Positions 37,703 through 49,945 of a stretch of DNA of 64,000 nucleotides are shown piece by piece; positions within the stretch are counted from its first letter, which is position 1, and each line of letters opens with the position of its first letter. The notes beneath the pieces are model-generated. The model was not told where the DNA came from. It was given only the letters and a program-made list of their open reading frames with translations, and did no database searches. This DNA comes from Heterodontus francisci (taxonomy: Eukaryota). The DNA lies in assembly GCF_036365525.1 (NCBI RefSeq), contig NC_090398.1, positions 18,716,936 to 18,780,935 of the forward strand, given 5' to 3'. A program made the translations under genes and the position numbers.

Positions 37703-37874
37703 GTAATTATCTGACTGTTTGAGATTGTGTTTAATATAACTCAATATCTAACACCATCCATTGTTATTAGTATCATTCACTGTGTTATGAATAAACACTG
37801 TACATTATCAGTAATACTGTAATTAACAAAGACTAGGATTGATCATTATAATATTATCTCTTTCTGATCTCCAG

Positions 37875-38045
37875 GCTAACTAAAGTCTATCTCACAGATT
37901 CTTGTGCTGATGATCTCGCCTCTGCTCTCAGGACAAACCGATCACTGATGGTTCTGAACCTGGGTTTCAATAAACTGGGAGATTCAGGAGTGAAACTATT
38001 GTCTGAGGCTCTGACCAACCCAGCCTGTAAAATACAGAAACTGCG
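37875..38045 (+). CDS. NLR LRR exon (171 nt), last one detected
   Basis: [56 protein letters not shown]; ends at a GT donor, not a stop codon. Confidence 0.9.
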
Positions 38046-38199
38046 GTAATTACCTGACTGTGTAGATTATGTTTATAACAACTGGATGTCTAAAACCATA
38101 CATTATTATTCGTAATAATATGACAAATAATAACCTATATTAGTATTTGTAATCATGTTCCCAATAATTTACAGTTCATATTAGTATCAGTAATAGTGT

Positions 38200-39420
38200 T
38201 AAGTATTTTCTGAACCTGTGTCCATTTTCATTCTTGTTGAAGATGTTGGATCTTCTTTCCTCTATGAACATTCAGTCATGTTGGTGACCAACTTCCAGAT
38301 TCTGATGCTCTGTAAAAAATATAATATTAATAGGCGGGTTAGATGGAAATATTAAAATGAGAATGAGAACGTTGCCTTGTTAAACATGATATCAGTCCCT
38401 CCTCCACCATCAGTACAATAGTTGTTAGCTCTGGGATCGAGCATTTCCCGAGTGTTACTATAAACTCTCCACATCACATGTGACACAGACAGATTCCCAG
38501 TGAAATCCAGTGAGTCCTGCTGATCTCCACAATCCAGTTCCAGACAGGCTCCCATTGGCCCACACTCTGCACTGGGAGAGCCCTTTGGTAAGATTTACTC
38601 TCACAGTACAGTGAAATACCAGCCTCATTGGGAACACAGGAACAGGAGTAGGCTATTCAGCCCCTCGACCCTATTCTGTCATTCAATAAGATCATGTCTG
38701 ACCTGTATCCTAACTCCATCCACCCATCATGGCTTCATAATCACTTAATAAACTTTCCCAGCAGAAATCTATTGATCTCGATCTGCAATGATTAATTGAG
38801 CTAGGATGTTCTGCCTTTTATGGGAGGGAGTTGTACATTTCCACCACCCTTTGAGAGACAATGTTTTTCCTTAGTTCATTCTTGAATGGCCTGACTCTGA
38901 TTTTCAGGTTATGTTCCCTTGTCCTAGATTCCCAACGAGCAGAAAAAGTTTCTGTCTACTCTCTCAATCCATTTCAAAATCCTAAAAGCCTCAATCAAAT
39001 CACCCCACAACCTTCTAAATGTTATAAATAAATGGATAAAAAGATATAACCTGTCTAAGGTGCAGTACACCGTTCTGAGCTTGTGAATATTCTGCAGGGA
39101 AATATGAAACAGAATTAAATGATCCTTCACTCGGTTTTACACAGTGTGCTAGGAAAGTATTATTTTATTCACAGATTTATATTTCATGTTTTGATTTGTT
39201 GTACTTTGATATTACATTATGGTAATTTATGAATATATATATATAATATATATCTCGATGTGATTCCTCTAGTCACTATGAACAGTGACATTGTCCATGT
39301 TGGTTGGTGTTTCTATTTGAATATATTTACCATATCTCACAGGGTGCCAGCACCTGACTAGTCAGCACTGTAGGAGGTGAGGACATTTACCACTATTAAC
39401 ATTATTCTGCAATGTAATGT
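38200..39420 (-). pseudogene. inverted remnant of a paralogous NLR 5' region (first coding exon 38216-38309 plus upstream intron)
   Basis: Reverse complement aligns with ~21050-21810; the exon reads MTECS*RKEDPTSSTRMKMDT from an ATG at 38279. Confidence 0.8.
38630..39020 (-). mobile_element. CR1 3' fragment inserted in the inverted paralog
   Basis: FRRLWGDLIEAFRILK and a CR1 tail; absent from the 21-kb counterpart. Confidence 0.8.
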
Positions 39421-39557
39421 TATAAATCATGTGACTTTAAATAGTGACGTGATGCACAGATTGATTTCTGAAATGTTTTTAGGGGTAGAAAATGCCCTAA
39501 ATACTGAAGTGGTAGATTTGACTCTTTTACATTCATTATCCTCTACAATGTAGGAAA

Positions 39558-39905
39558 TTTAGTTTAGTTTAGTTTAGTGATACAGCACTGAAACAGGCCC
39601 TTCGGCCCACCGAATCTGTGCCGACCATCAACCACCCATTTATACTAATCCTACATTAATCCCATATTCCTACCACATCCCCACCTGTCCCTACAACCTA
39701 CCTATACTAGGGGCAATTTATAATGGACAATTTACCTACCAACCTGCAAGTCTTTTGGCTTGTGGGAGGAAACCGGAGCACCCAGAGAAAACCCACGCAG
39801 ACACAGGGAGAACTTGCAAACTCCACACAGGCAGTACCCAGAATTGAACCCGGGTCGCTGGAGCTGTGAGGCTGCGGTACTAACCACTGCGCCACTGTGC
39901 CGCCC
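39558..39905 (-). mobile_element. full-length V-SINE with (TAAAC)n tail
   Basis: A/B boxes, V-domain TGTGTGGAGTTTGCAAGTTCTCCCTGTGTCTGCGTGGGTTT and CR1-like tail. Confidence 0.9.
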
Positions 39906-40432
39906 TGTTATAGGCCGGTGAGCCTTACATCAGTGGTAGCAAAATTATTAGAGAGGATTCTTAGGGACAGGACTTACTCCCATTTGGAAACAAACGAACT
40001 TATTAGTGAGAGGCAGCATGGTTTTGTGAAGGGGAGGTCATGTCTCAATAACTTGATTGAGTTTTTTGAGGAAGTGACGAAGATGATTGATGAAGGAAAG
40101 GCAGTGGATGTTGTCTATTTGGACTTCAGTAAAGCCTTTGACAAGGTTCCTCATGGCAATCTGGTACAAAAGGTGAAGTCACACGAGATCAGAGGTGAGC
40201 TGGCAAGATGGATACAGAACTGGCTCTGTCATAGAAGACAGAGGGTAGCAGTGGAAGGGTGCTTTTCTGAATGGAGGGATGTGACTAGTGGTGTTCCGCA
40301 GGGATCAGTGCTGGGACCTTTGCTCTTTGTAGTATATATAAATGATTTGGAGGAAAATGTAGCTGGTCTGATTAGTAAGTTTGCGGACGACACAAAGGTT
40401 GGTGGAGTTGCGGATAGTGATGAGGATTGTCA
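39906..40432 (+). mobile_element. CR1 RT core fragment
   Basis: [27 protein letters not shown] and KFADDTK in one open frame. Confidence 0.93.
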
Positions 40433-40712
40433 ATTATTTTAAAACTGTGATCTCTGGTTGCTGACACTTGCCAGAGGAAACAGATTCTGCAGACTCACTC
40501 AAACACAATCTCTCAATGTTTAATATCTCTATTCAATCTGCTTCCCTGCTCGAAAGAGAACAATTTCAGCTTCTCCAATCTCACCATGTAACTGAAATCC
40601 CTCACCCCTGGTATCATCCTGGTAAATCTCCTCTGTATCCCCTCCAAGTACTTCCTGAAATGTGGTGCCCAGAATTGTACACAATACTCCAGCTGAAACC
40701 TCACCAGTAACC
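40433..40712 (-). mobile_element. CR1 3' fragment, opposite orientation
   Basis: LEYCVQFWAPHFRK. Confidence 0.85.
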
Positions 40713-41077
40713 AAATCAGTAACAAGGACTTTAACTGAGTAAATGGAGGGAAGGGATCTGGTAGAAAAGGTAGGAATACAATTAATTATCAATAATAGTT
40801 CAAAAGCAAATGAAAGGGAAGAGATTAGAGGAACAGTTCGAAATTGTGCTTCAGGCACTGTAGGTTAAGGGAAAACAAAAAAAATGTGAAGAAATGTAAT
40901 GGGGAGAAAGGAATAAACGTGTTATTAAATTAGTGGAGCAGAAGCACAGGTTAGGGGGTGTGGTCAAAATCCAAAATAAGCATTCTCAATACAAACGCAC
41001 AGAGTACATTGAACAAATTAAATTTGGTGTTGAGAGAGACGGATACAATAGAAATGAGGAAAGGTCATTGACCTAAT

Positions 41078-41801
41078 CGGGGGAGGATGGACCAAGTGTG
41101 ATCAGACAGTGTGTAACCCAAGGAGGATGGACCCAGTGTGATCAGACAGTGTGTAACCCGGGGAGGATGGACCCAGTGTGATCAGACAGTGTGTAACCCG
41201 GGGAGGATGGACCCAGTGTGATCAGACAGTGCGTAACCCGGGGAGGATGGACCCAGTGCGATCAGACAGTGTGTAACCCATGGGAGGATGGTCCCAGTGC
41301 GATCAGACAGTGTGTAACCCGGGGAGGATGGACCCAGTGTGATCAGATAGTGAGTAACCCAGTGAGGTTGGACCCAGTGTGATCAGACAGTGTGTAACCC
41401 GGGGAGGATGGACCCAGTGTGATCAGACAGTGTGTAACCCTGGGAGGATGTACCCAGTGTGATCAGACAGTATGTAACCCGGGGAGGATGGACCCAGTGT
41501 GATCAGACAGTGTGTAACCCGGGGAGGATGGACCCAGTGTGATCAGACAGTGTGTAACCCGGAGAGGATGGACCCAGTGAGATCAGACAGTGTGTAACCC
41601 AGGGAGGATGGTCCCAGTGTGATCAGACAGTGTGTAGCCTGTGGAGGATGGACCCAGTGAGATCAGACAGTGTGTAACCCAGGGAGGATGGTCCCAGTGT
41701 GATCAGACAGTGTGTAGCCTGTGGAGGATGGTCCCAGTGTGATCAGACAGTGTGTAACCCAGGGAGGATGGACCCAGTGTGATCAGACAGTGTGTAACCC
41801 A
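41078..41801. repeat. 40-bp minisatellite, ~18 copies
   Basis: Unit GGGGAGGATGGACCCAGTGTGATCAGACAGTGTGTAACCC. Confidence 0.97.
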
Positions 41802-42575
41802 GAGAGTTTATGAGGGCAATGCTGGTGATGTGGTATACATGGACTTTCAAAGGGCGTTTGATATCGTGCCACACAGCAGACCTTTGAGCAAACGTGTAGC
41901 TCATGGAATAAAAGGGACAGTCGCAACATGGGTAGGAAATTGGATGAGGGACAGGTAACAAAGTGTTGTGGTTAATGGATGTTTTTTGTCTGGATGAAGG
42001 TTTGTAGTGGAGTTCCCCAGGGGTCAATGTTGGGACCCTTGCTATTCCTGATATATTAATGACTTGGATCTTGGTGAACAGGCACAATTTCAAAATTGCA
42101 GCTGAAACAAAACTTGGAAGCATTGTTGAAATGTGAGGAGGATAGTGTAGAACTTCAAAACGGCATGGAAAAGCTGGTGGAATGGCCACACACATGGCAG
42201 ATGAAGTTCAATGCGGAGAAAAGTGAAGTGATTCATTTTGGTAGGAAGAAAATGGTAAGACAATATAAAGTAAAGGGAAGGACTCTAAAGGGGGTGCAGA
42301 AAGAGAGGGACCTGGTTGTATATATGCATATGTCATTAAAGGTGGCAGGACAGATTGAGACCAATTAAAACATACAGAATGCTGGCCTCTATTAATAGGG
42401 ACAATGAGTAGAAGTGCAAAGAGGTTATATTGAACTTGTAATAATACACTAGTTTGGCCTCAGCTGGTTTATTGCATCAGGTTCTGGGCGCAATATATAT
42501 GGAAAGATGTGAATACATTGGAGAAAGTGCAGAAAAGATTCAAGAATGTTTTCAGGGATGAAGAACTTCATTTAT
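41802..42575 (+). mobile_element. degenerate CR1 RT fragment
   Basis: gtggtatacatggactttcaaagggcgtttgat (VVYMDFQRAFD) and WQMKFNAEKSEV. Confidence 0.88.
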
Positions 42576-43900
42576 ATAGGAACATAGGAGTAGCAGTAGG
42601 CCATTTAGCCCATCAAGCCTGCCCCGCCTTTCAATACGATCAAGACTGCTCTTCCACTTCAATCCCTTTTCCCACACTATCCTCCTATCCCTTTACGTCA
42701 TTGTTATTTAGGAATCTGTCAATCTCTGCTTTAAACATTCTCAACGACGGAGCATTTACATCTCTCTGGGGTAGAGAATTCCAAAGATTCACAACCCTCT
42801 GAGTAAAGAAATTTCTCCTCATCTCTGTCCTAAGTGGCTTCCCCCTTATTTTAAAATTATGTCCCCTGGCTCGAGACTCCCTAACTAGGGGAAATATCTG
42901 AGCTGCATCTACCCTGTCTATCCCTTTAAGTATTTTGTAGGTTTCAATGAGATCACCTTTCATTCTTCGAACCTCTAGAGAATACAGGCCCAGTTTACCC
43001 AATCTTTCTTCATAGGACAGTCCGCCATCCTGGGAACAAGTCTGGTGAACCTTCGTTGCACTCCCTCTATGGCAGTAATATCCTTCCGAAGGTAAGGGGA
43101 CCAAACATGCACACAGTACTTCAGGTGCAGCCTTTTCTTTTAATCTTATTCAATCCTTAACTTACTTCCTTATCCACCACTGACTGCATTTATTTTTGTG
43201 TTTTTATACCTTGAAGGAATTTATAGTTGCTGTAAATTATGTAATATTTCTTTAAAGACTATCCATTGCCCATGTACTGTCATACCTTTTAATGTATTTT
43301 CCCAATCCACCTCAGTCAATTTGCCCTCGTACTTTCATAATTTCCTCTGTTCAAATTAAACACCCTGGCTTCGTATTAAACTACATAACTTTCAAACATA
43401 ATGTAAAATTCTATCATATTATGGTCACTCATCCCTAAAGGTTCTCTTACAACAAGATTATCAATTATCCTTGTCTCATTACATAAAACCAGATCTAAAA
43501 TAGCCTGTCCTCTTGTCGGTTCCTCAACATACTGCTCTAGAAAACTATCCTTAATACACTCCAGAAACTCATCCTCCACAGCAGTAGTGCTCATTATGTT
43601 TCATATGCAGATTGAAGTTACCCATGATTACTATATTACTATGCCACATGCTTCTTTAATCTCCTGATTAGTACCATGTCCCACACTACCACTACTGTTT
43701 GGTGGCCGATAAACAACTCCTATCAATGTCTTGCTGTTTCTTCGCTCCACCCAAACAGATTCCACATTTAGTTCTTCTGATCTGAGATCCTCCCTGACTA
43801 ATGTACTGAATCCATCCCTTATTTTCAGTGCAATACCACCTCTGTATCCTTTTTGACTTTCCTTCCTACATGTTGAACATCCCTGAATATTCAGTTCCCT
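42576..43900 (-). mobile_element. CR1 fragments (endonuclease region joined to 3' end)
   Basis: FLEQYVEEPTRGQAILDLVLCN (43376..43594) and YEERLGKLGLYSLE (42685..43104). Confidence 0.88.
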
Positions 43901-44039
43901 TTAAATTCTCTACCTTGTTGCAAATGCTGTGTGCTTCTTGACATTATTCTGCATTTTAAGCCAAGTTGATGCTCACCTTTGTTTTTCCTGCCTTTGAATG
44001 TCACTTGCTACTTTTCTGCCTCCTGCTACCAGCTTTACT

Positions 44040-44490
44040 TTCTTCCTACGAAGAGAGATTGGAGAAGGTGGGACTGTTTTCTTTGGAGAACAGAGGGCCG
44101 AAAGGAGATTTGATAGAAATATTCAGAATTATGAGTCTTCTGGACAGAGTAGATGGGGAAAAACTGTTCCCCCTCCTGAAAGAATCAAGAATGAGAGGGC
44201 ACAGACATAAGGCAGGTGGCAAAAATAAACAATGGTGACACGAGGGAAAATGTTTTCATGCAGCGAGTGGTTATGATCTGAAATGCACTGCCAGAGAGTA
44301 CGGTGGAGGCAGGTTCAATCAAGACATTCAATAGGGAATTATATAGTTATCTGAAAAGGAGGAATACACAGGGTTATGGGGAGAAGGCGGGGGAATGGCA
44401 CTAAGTGAATTGTTCACTCAGAGAGCCAGTGCAAACATTATTGGTTGAATGGTCTCCTGCTGTGCCCTAACAATTCTGTGATTCTGTGAT
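44040..44490 (+). mobile_element. CR1 3' fragment
   Basis: SYEERLEKVGLFSLE and a TTCTGTGA tail. Confidence 0.85.
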
Positions 44491-44579
44491 TATTGGGCAA
44501 AGGCAGTTATATAGAGTGATCAGCCATGATCAAATTGAATGGCAGAAACGGCTCTAAGGCCTGAATGACCTACTGTAGG

Positions 44580-46246
44580 TGTAGAGATCAGTGAGGGGGA
44601 TTGTGATATACCTGAACAAATTAGCATTGGAAGGGAGGAGTATTAGCGGTTTTAGCGGGCTTAAAATTGGATAAATCCCCAGGCCCAGATTAAATGTATC
44701 CAAGGCTGCTATGTGTGGAAAGAGAGGAGATTGCAGGGGCTCGGACACAAATTTTCAAATCCTCTGTGGCCACAGGAGGCGTGCCAGAGGACTGGAGGAC
44801 TGCAAATGTTGTACCATTATTCAAGAAGAGGAGCAGGGATAAACCAGGTAATTACAGGCTAGTGAGTCTAACATCAGTGGTAGGGACACTATTGGAAAAA
44901 ACACTGAGGGACAGGATTAATCTCCACTTGGAGAGGCCGGGATTAATCAAGGATAGTCAGCATGGCTTTGCCACAGGGAGATCATGTCTAACTAACCGGA
45001 ATGAATTTTTCAAGGAGGTGACTAGGTGCTCAGATGAGGGTAAAGCAGTTGATGTCGTCTATATGGACTTCAATAAGGCTTTTGAAAAGGTCCCTCATGG
45101 GAGATTGGTTAAGAAGGTAAGAGCCCATGGGATCCAGGGCAATTTGGAAAATTGGATCCAAAATTGGCTTAGTGGCAGGAGGCAGAGGGTGATGGTCGCG
45201 GGTTGTTTTTGCAGTTGGAAACCTGTGACCAGTGGTGTATAGCAGGGATCAGTGCTGGGACCCTTGCTGTTTGTAGTGTACATTAATGATTTAGACATGA
45301 ATATAGGAGGTATGATCAGTAAGTTTGCAGATGATATGAAAATTGGTGGTGTCGTAAATAGTGAGGAGGAAAGCCTTAGATTACAGGACGATATAGATGG
45401 GCTGGTAAGATGGACAGAGCAGTGGCAAATGGAATTTAATCCTGAGAAGTGCGAGGTGATGCATTTTGGGAGGACTAACAAAGCAAGGGAATATACAATG
45501 GATGGTAGAACCCTCGGAAGTACAGAAGGTCAGAAGGAACTTGGTGTAAGTGTCCATAGATCACTGAAGGCAGCAGCACAGGTAGATAAGGTGGTTAGGA
45601 AGGCATATGGGATACTTGTCGTTATTAGCCAAGGCATAGAATATAAGAGCAGGGAGGTTATGATGGATCTGTATAAAACTCTAGTTAGGCCACAGCTGGA
45701 GTACTGTGTACAGTTCTGGTCACCACATTATATTAAGGATGTGATTGCACTGGAGAGGGTACAGAGGAGATTCACCAGGATGTTGCCTGGGCTGGAGTAT
45801 TTCAGATATGAAGAGAGACTGGATCGGCGAGGGTTATTTTCCTTAGAGCATAGAACGCTGAGGGGGGACCTTATGGAGGTATACGAAATTATGAGGGGCA
45901 TTGATAGGTTAAATAGGAAGAAACTTTTTCCCTTACCGGAGAGGTCAATAACCAGGGAGTGTAGATTTAAGGTCAGGGGCAGGAGGTTTAGAGGGGATTT
46001 GAGGGAAAAAAATTCACCCAGAGTGTGGTTGGAATGTGGAACACATTGCCTGAAGAGGTGGTAGAGGCAGGAACCCTCACAACATTTAAGAAGTATTTAG
46101 ATGAGCACTTGAAATGTCATGGCATATAACGCTATGGGCCAAGTGCTGGAAAATGGGATTAGAATAGATAGGCTTCATGGTTGCACGGTTACGATGGGCC
46201 GAAGGGCCTGTTTCTGTGCTGGATAACTCGATGATTCTATGACTCT
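44580..46246 (+). mobile_element. relatively young CR1 ORF2 RT region plus 3' UTR
   Basis: ORFs 44694..45242 and 45252..46064 are in one frame, separated by a single stop; complete RT motif set. Confidence 0.95.
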
Positions 46247-46579
46247 ACTGTTGTCCCTATGCTCCAAAGAGCTCCAGATGTCCCAGCTATAGTTTCTTGA
46301 CTAATATTTGCTGAGTTTGGAGCAGAGATTGTGGTGAATGAGGAATAATTTTGTTCCACAGGAACATCCGGAAGAGCGGAGAGTATGTACAGTGATGTAT
46401 GACTGGAAGGGATTAATGAAAGAGGGAGGGAATCAGGCAAGAAGGGTTTGTAATATGCAGGCAAAAATCTTCAAACCAATTTACTGGTGGACTGGGAGCC
46501 AGTGGAACTTGGCACAAAGGCAGTGAACAGGCGTGTGGAACTTTATCCAGGTCAACCATTACAATGTGACACTGAGAAT

Positions 46580-47675
46580 CGTTTCTGAAATTGGCTCAGT
46601 GACAGGACACAAAGGGTAATGGTCGATGGATGTTTTTGGAATGGAAGGCAGTTTCCAGTGGCGTTCCACAAGGGTCAGTGTTGGCCCCTTGCTGTTTCTG
46701 GTATATATTAATGATTTGGACTGATATGTGGGAGGCATGATTGGGAAATTCACAGGTGACACAAAAATTGATCATGTAATTGATAGTGAAGAGGATAGCT
46801 GTAGACTCCAGAATGATATCAATGGTTTGGTTGAGTGGGCGGAAAGGTGGCAAATGGAATTCAATCTGGAGAAGTGTGAGGTAATGCATTTGGGGAAGAC
46901 AAACAAAGCAAGAAAATACACAATAAACAGGAGGATATCGTGAGAGGTAGAAGAAGTGAGAGACCTTGGAGTGCATGTCTGCAGGCCCCTGAAGGTGGAA
47001 GGACAGGGAGATAGATTGGTGAAGAAGGCATATGAAATGCTTTCCTTTATTGGCCGAGGTATAGAATACAAAAGCAGGGATGTAATGCTGGAACTGTATA
47101 AAACACTGGTTAGGCCACAGTTGGAGTATTGTGTACAGTTCTGGTCACTACATTACAGAAAGGACATAATTGCTCGAGAGAGAATACAGAGGATATTTAC
47201 AAGAATGTTGCCCGGGCTTGAAAGTTGCAGCTAACAGGAAAGATTGGATAGGGAGGGTTGTTTTCCTCAGAACAGAGGAGGCTGAGGGATGACTTAATTG
47301 AAGTGTACAAAATTATGAGGGGCCTAGACAGAGTTATCACGAAGGAGCTGCTTCTCCTAGCGGAGACGTCAATTACCAGGGGGCACAGATTTCAGATGAT
47401 TGGTCGAAGGATTAGAGTTGACTTGATGATAAACATTTTCACCCAGAGGGGGGTGGGTATCTGGAATTCACTGCCCTGATCAGTGGTGGAGGCAGGAACT
47501 CCCAACTCATTTGAAAGGTACCTGGACCTACACATGAAGTGCTGCAACCAGCAAGACTACGGAGCAGGTGCTGGAAGGTGGAATTAGATTGGGAAACTAG
47601 ATTTTTTTCAGCCAGTGCAGACACGATGGGCTTAATGGACTTTCTCTGTGCCTTAACTTTTCTCTGGTTCTATGG
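46580..47675 (+). mobile_element. degenerate CR1 RT 3' part
   Basis: WQMEFNLEKCEVMH and LVRPQLEYCVQFW. Confidence 0.92.
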
Positions 47676-48954
47676 GAGAATTAGGATTGTAGGAGGTGAG
47701 GGAGGAATGAAAACTTCAGAAGTTAGGACCATAATAGGTAGACAAACCTGCAAGGAGTAACACGGAGACAGAGGAAAGGGAATTAGACATGGGGGAGTCA
47801 GGAGAAATATAATTTTAAGCAAGAAATTAATTTTCAAATTCCTTGAAACGCAATGAATTGAATCATGTCAGAATTTTTAAAAATGAAATTAAAGTATAAA
47901 TTTACAGTCAGACCAATAATAGGGAATTATTCAATGTTACAGTTGTTTCACTTATTTATGACACACATTTGCTGATTCAGTTCCAGTAAGTGAGACTTGG
48001 AGTATAATACTCATGGGGGTGAACATTCTGATCAAGGTTGATCAATGAACTGAAGACTGTCTGCTGAATTTTATAATCATTGATCTTTTGTTAATAAATT
48101 ACAATGATTGGTTGGCTGTGCATTTTATTCTGGTGTTTGATTCTAAGAATCGTGATCTTTATTCCTTGCTATCTGTGTCTTTTTATAGTCCGATAATAAG
48201 CAGGCTTTGTGGTGAACAATGAAATCGGAAACACCCTATTTCTGTGGGGTCTTCTGAACCACGGAATCGTTACAGCGCTGAAGGAGGCCATTCGGCCCAA
48301 CATGTCGCCACCAGCTCGCTGAATGAACAATTCACCTAATATCACCCCCGTGCCTTCTCCCTGTAACACCGCACATTCTTCCTGTTCAGGTAACAATCTA
48401 ATTCCCTTGTGAAAACCTTGATCGAATCTTCTCCCACCACACTCACAGATGAGGTGGTATTTAGACATTGTTACCATACACAGAATCCATGACATGAGAT
48501 AAAAGATCAGTGATTCAGTTCGAATTTGAATGAGACCGTGTGGCATTCAGATTCTCCTTGCTCCAAACAACAGGGCATGTTGTATTGTAATGAAAAGTCT
48601 GAAGGTCATCTTTATGACTGAAATGTGGAATTAATCTCTAACCAGGGTGCATGCAGAACACACAACTCGAACCCACCAGACAGTCTGGAACTGCAATCAA
48701 GAGACACAGCACAAGGTAAGGACCCTGAATTTACTGAACACAATTATATGTACCCGAATGGACTCGTTGTCTTTTCTCTGCATAGTTGATCAAAGTTATT
48801 GATTAGTTGTAATATCCATAATAGATCGAGTTAGAAAGAATTGTTTTATTCAGAAATTAACTTACTGGAAGCAGCACTGTTTAATAAAAAAAACTTCAAA
48901 ATATAATCTCGCCAGCTAACATTGTACTGTTGTAAATAACGTTTAAATGTATTT

Positions 48955-49945
48955 CATTTTAATTCATTCACGGGATGTGGACGTCGCTGGCCAGGCCAGC
49001 ATTTATTGCCCATCCCTAATTGCCCTTGAGAAGGTGGTGGTGAGCTGCCTTCTTGAACCGCTGCAGTCCATTTGGGGTAGGTACACCCACAGTGCTGTTA
49101 GGAAGTAAGTTCCAGGATTTTGACCCAGCGACAGTGAAGGAACGCCGATATAGTTCCAAGTCAGGATGGTGTGTGACTTGGAGGGGAACTTGTAGGTGGT
49201 GGTGTTCCCATGTACGTGCTGCCCTTGTCCTTCTAGTTGGTCGAGTTCACGGGTTTGGAAGGTGCTGTCTAAGGAGCCTTGGTGCATTGCTGCAGTGCAT
49301 CTTGTAGATGGTACACACTGCTGCCACTGTGCGTCGGTGGTGGAGGGAGTGAATGTTTGAAGATGGGGTGCCAATCAAGCGGGCTGCTTTGTCCTGGATG
49401 GTGTCGAGCTTCTTGAGTGTTGTTGGAGCTGCACCCATCCAGGCAAGTGGAGAGTATTCCATCACACTCCTGACCTGTGCCTTGTTGATGGTGGACAGGC
49501 TTTGGGGAGTCAGGAGGTGAGTTACTCGTCTCAGGATTCCTAGTCTCTGACCTGCTCTTGTACCCATGGTATTTATATGGCTACTCCAGTTCAGTTTCTG
49601 GTCAATGGTAGCCCCTAGGATGTTGATAGTGGGGGTTTCAGCGATGGTAATGCTGTTGAATGTCAAGGGGAGATGGTTAGATTCTCTCTTGTTGGAGATG
49701 GTCATTGCCTGGCACTTGTGTGGCGCGAATGTTACTTGCCACTTATCAGCCCAAGCCTGGATATTGTCCAAGTCTTGCTGCATTTCTACACAGACTGTTT
49801 CAGTATCTGAGGAGTCACGAATGGTGCTGAACATTGTGCAATCATCAGCGAACATCCCCACTTCTGACCTTATGATTGAAGGAAGGTCATTGATGAAGCA
49901 GCTGAAGATGGTTGGGCCCAGGACACTACCCTGAGGAACTCCTGC
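48955..49945 (-). mobile_element. 5'-truncated CR1/L2-group LINE (partner of the SacSINE-like tail)
   Basis: [33 protein letters not shown] in one open frame, followed by the 3' tail. Confidence 0.92.

Larger units (their letters stand above)
21693..38045 (+). pseudogene. NLR gene (CARD-like, NACHT, LRR; NLRP3/NLRP12-like), probably pseudogenised and 3'-truncated
   Basis: Nine exons with canonical GT-AG sites and compatible phases; TAA at 34214-34216, frameshift near 35320, and no terminal LRR exon found. Confidence 0.88.
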
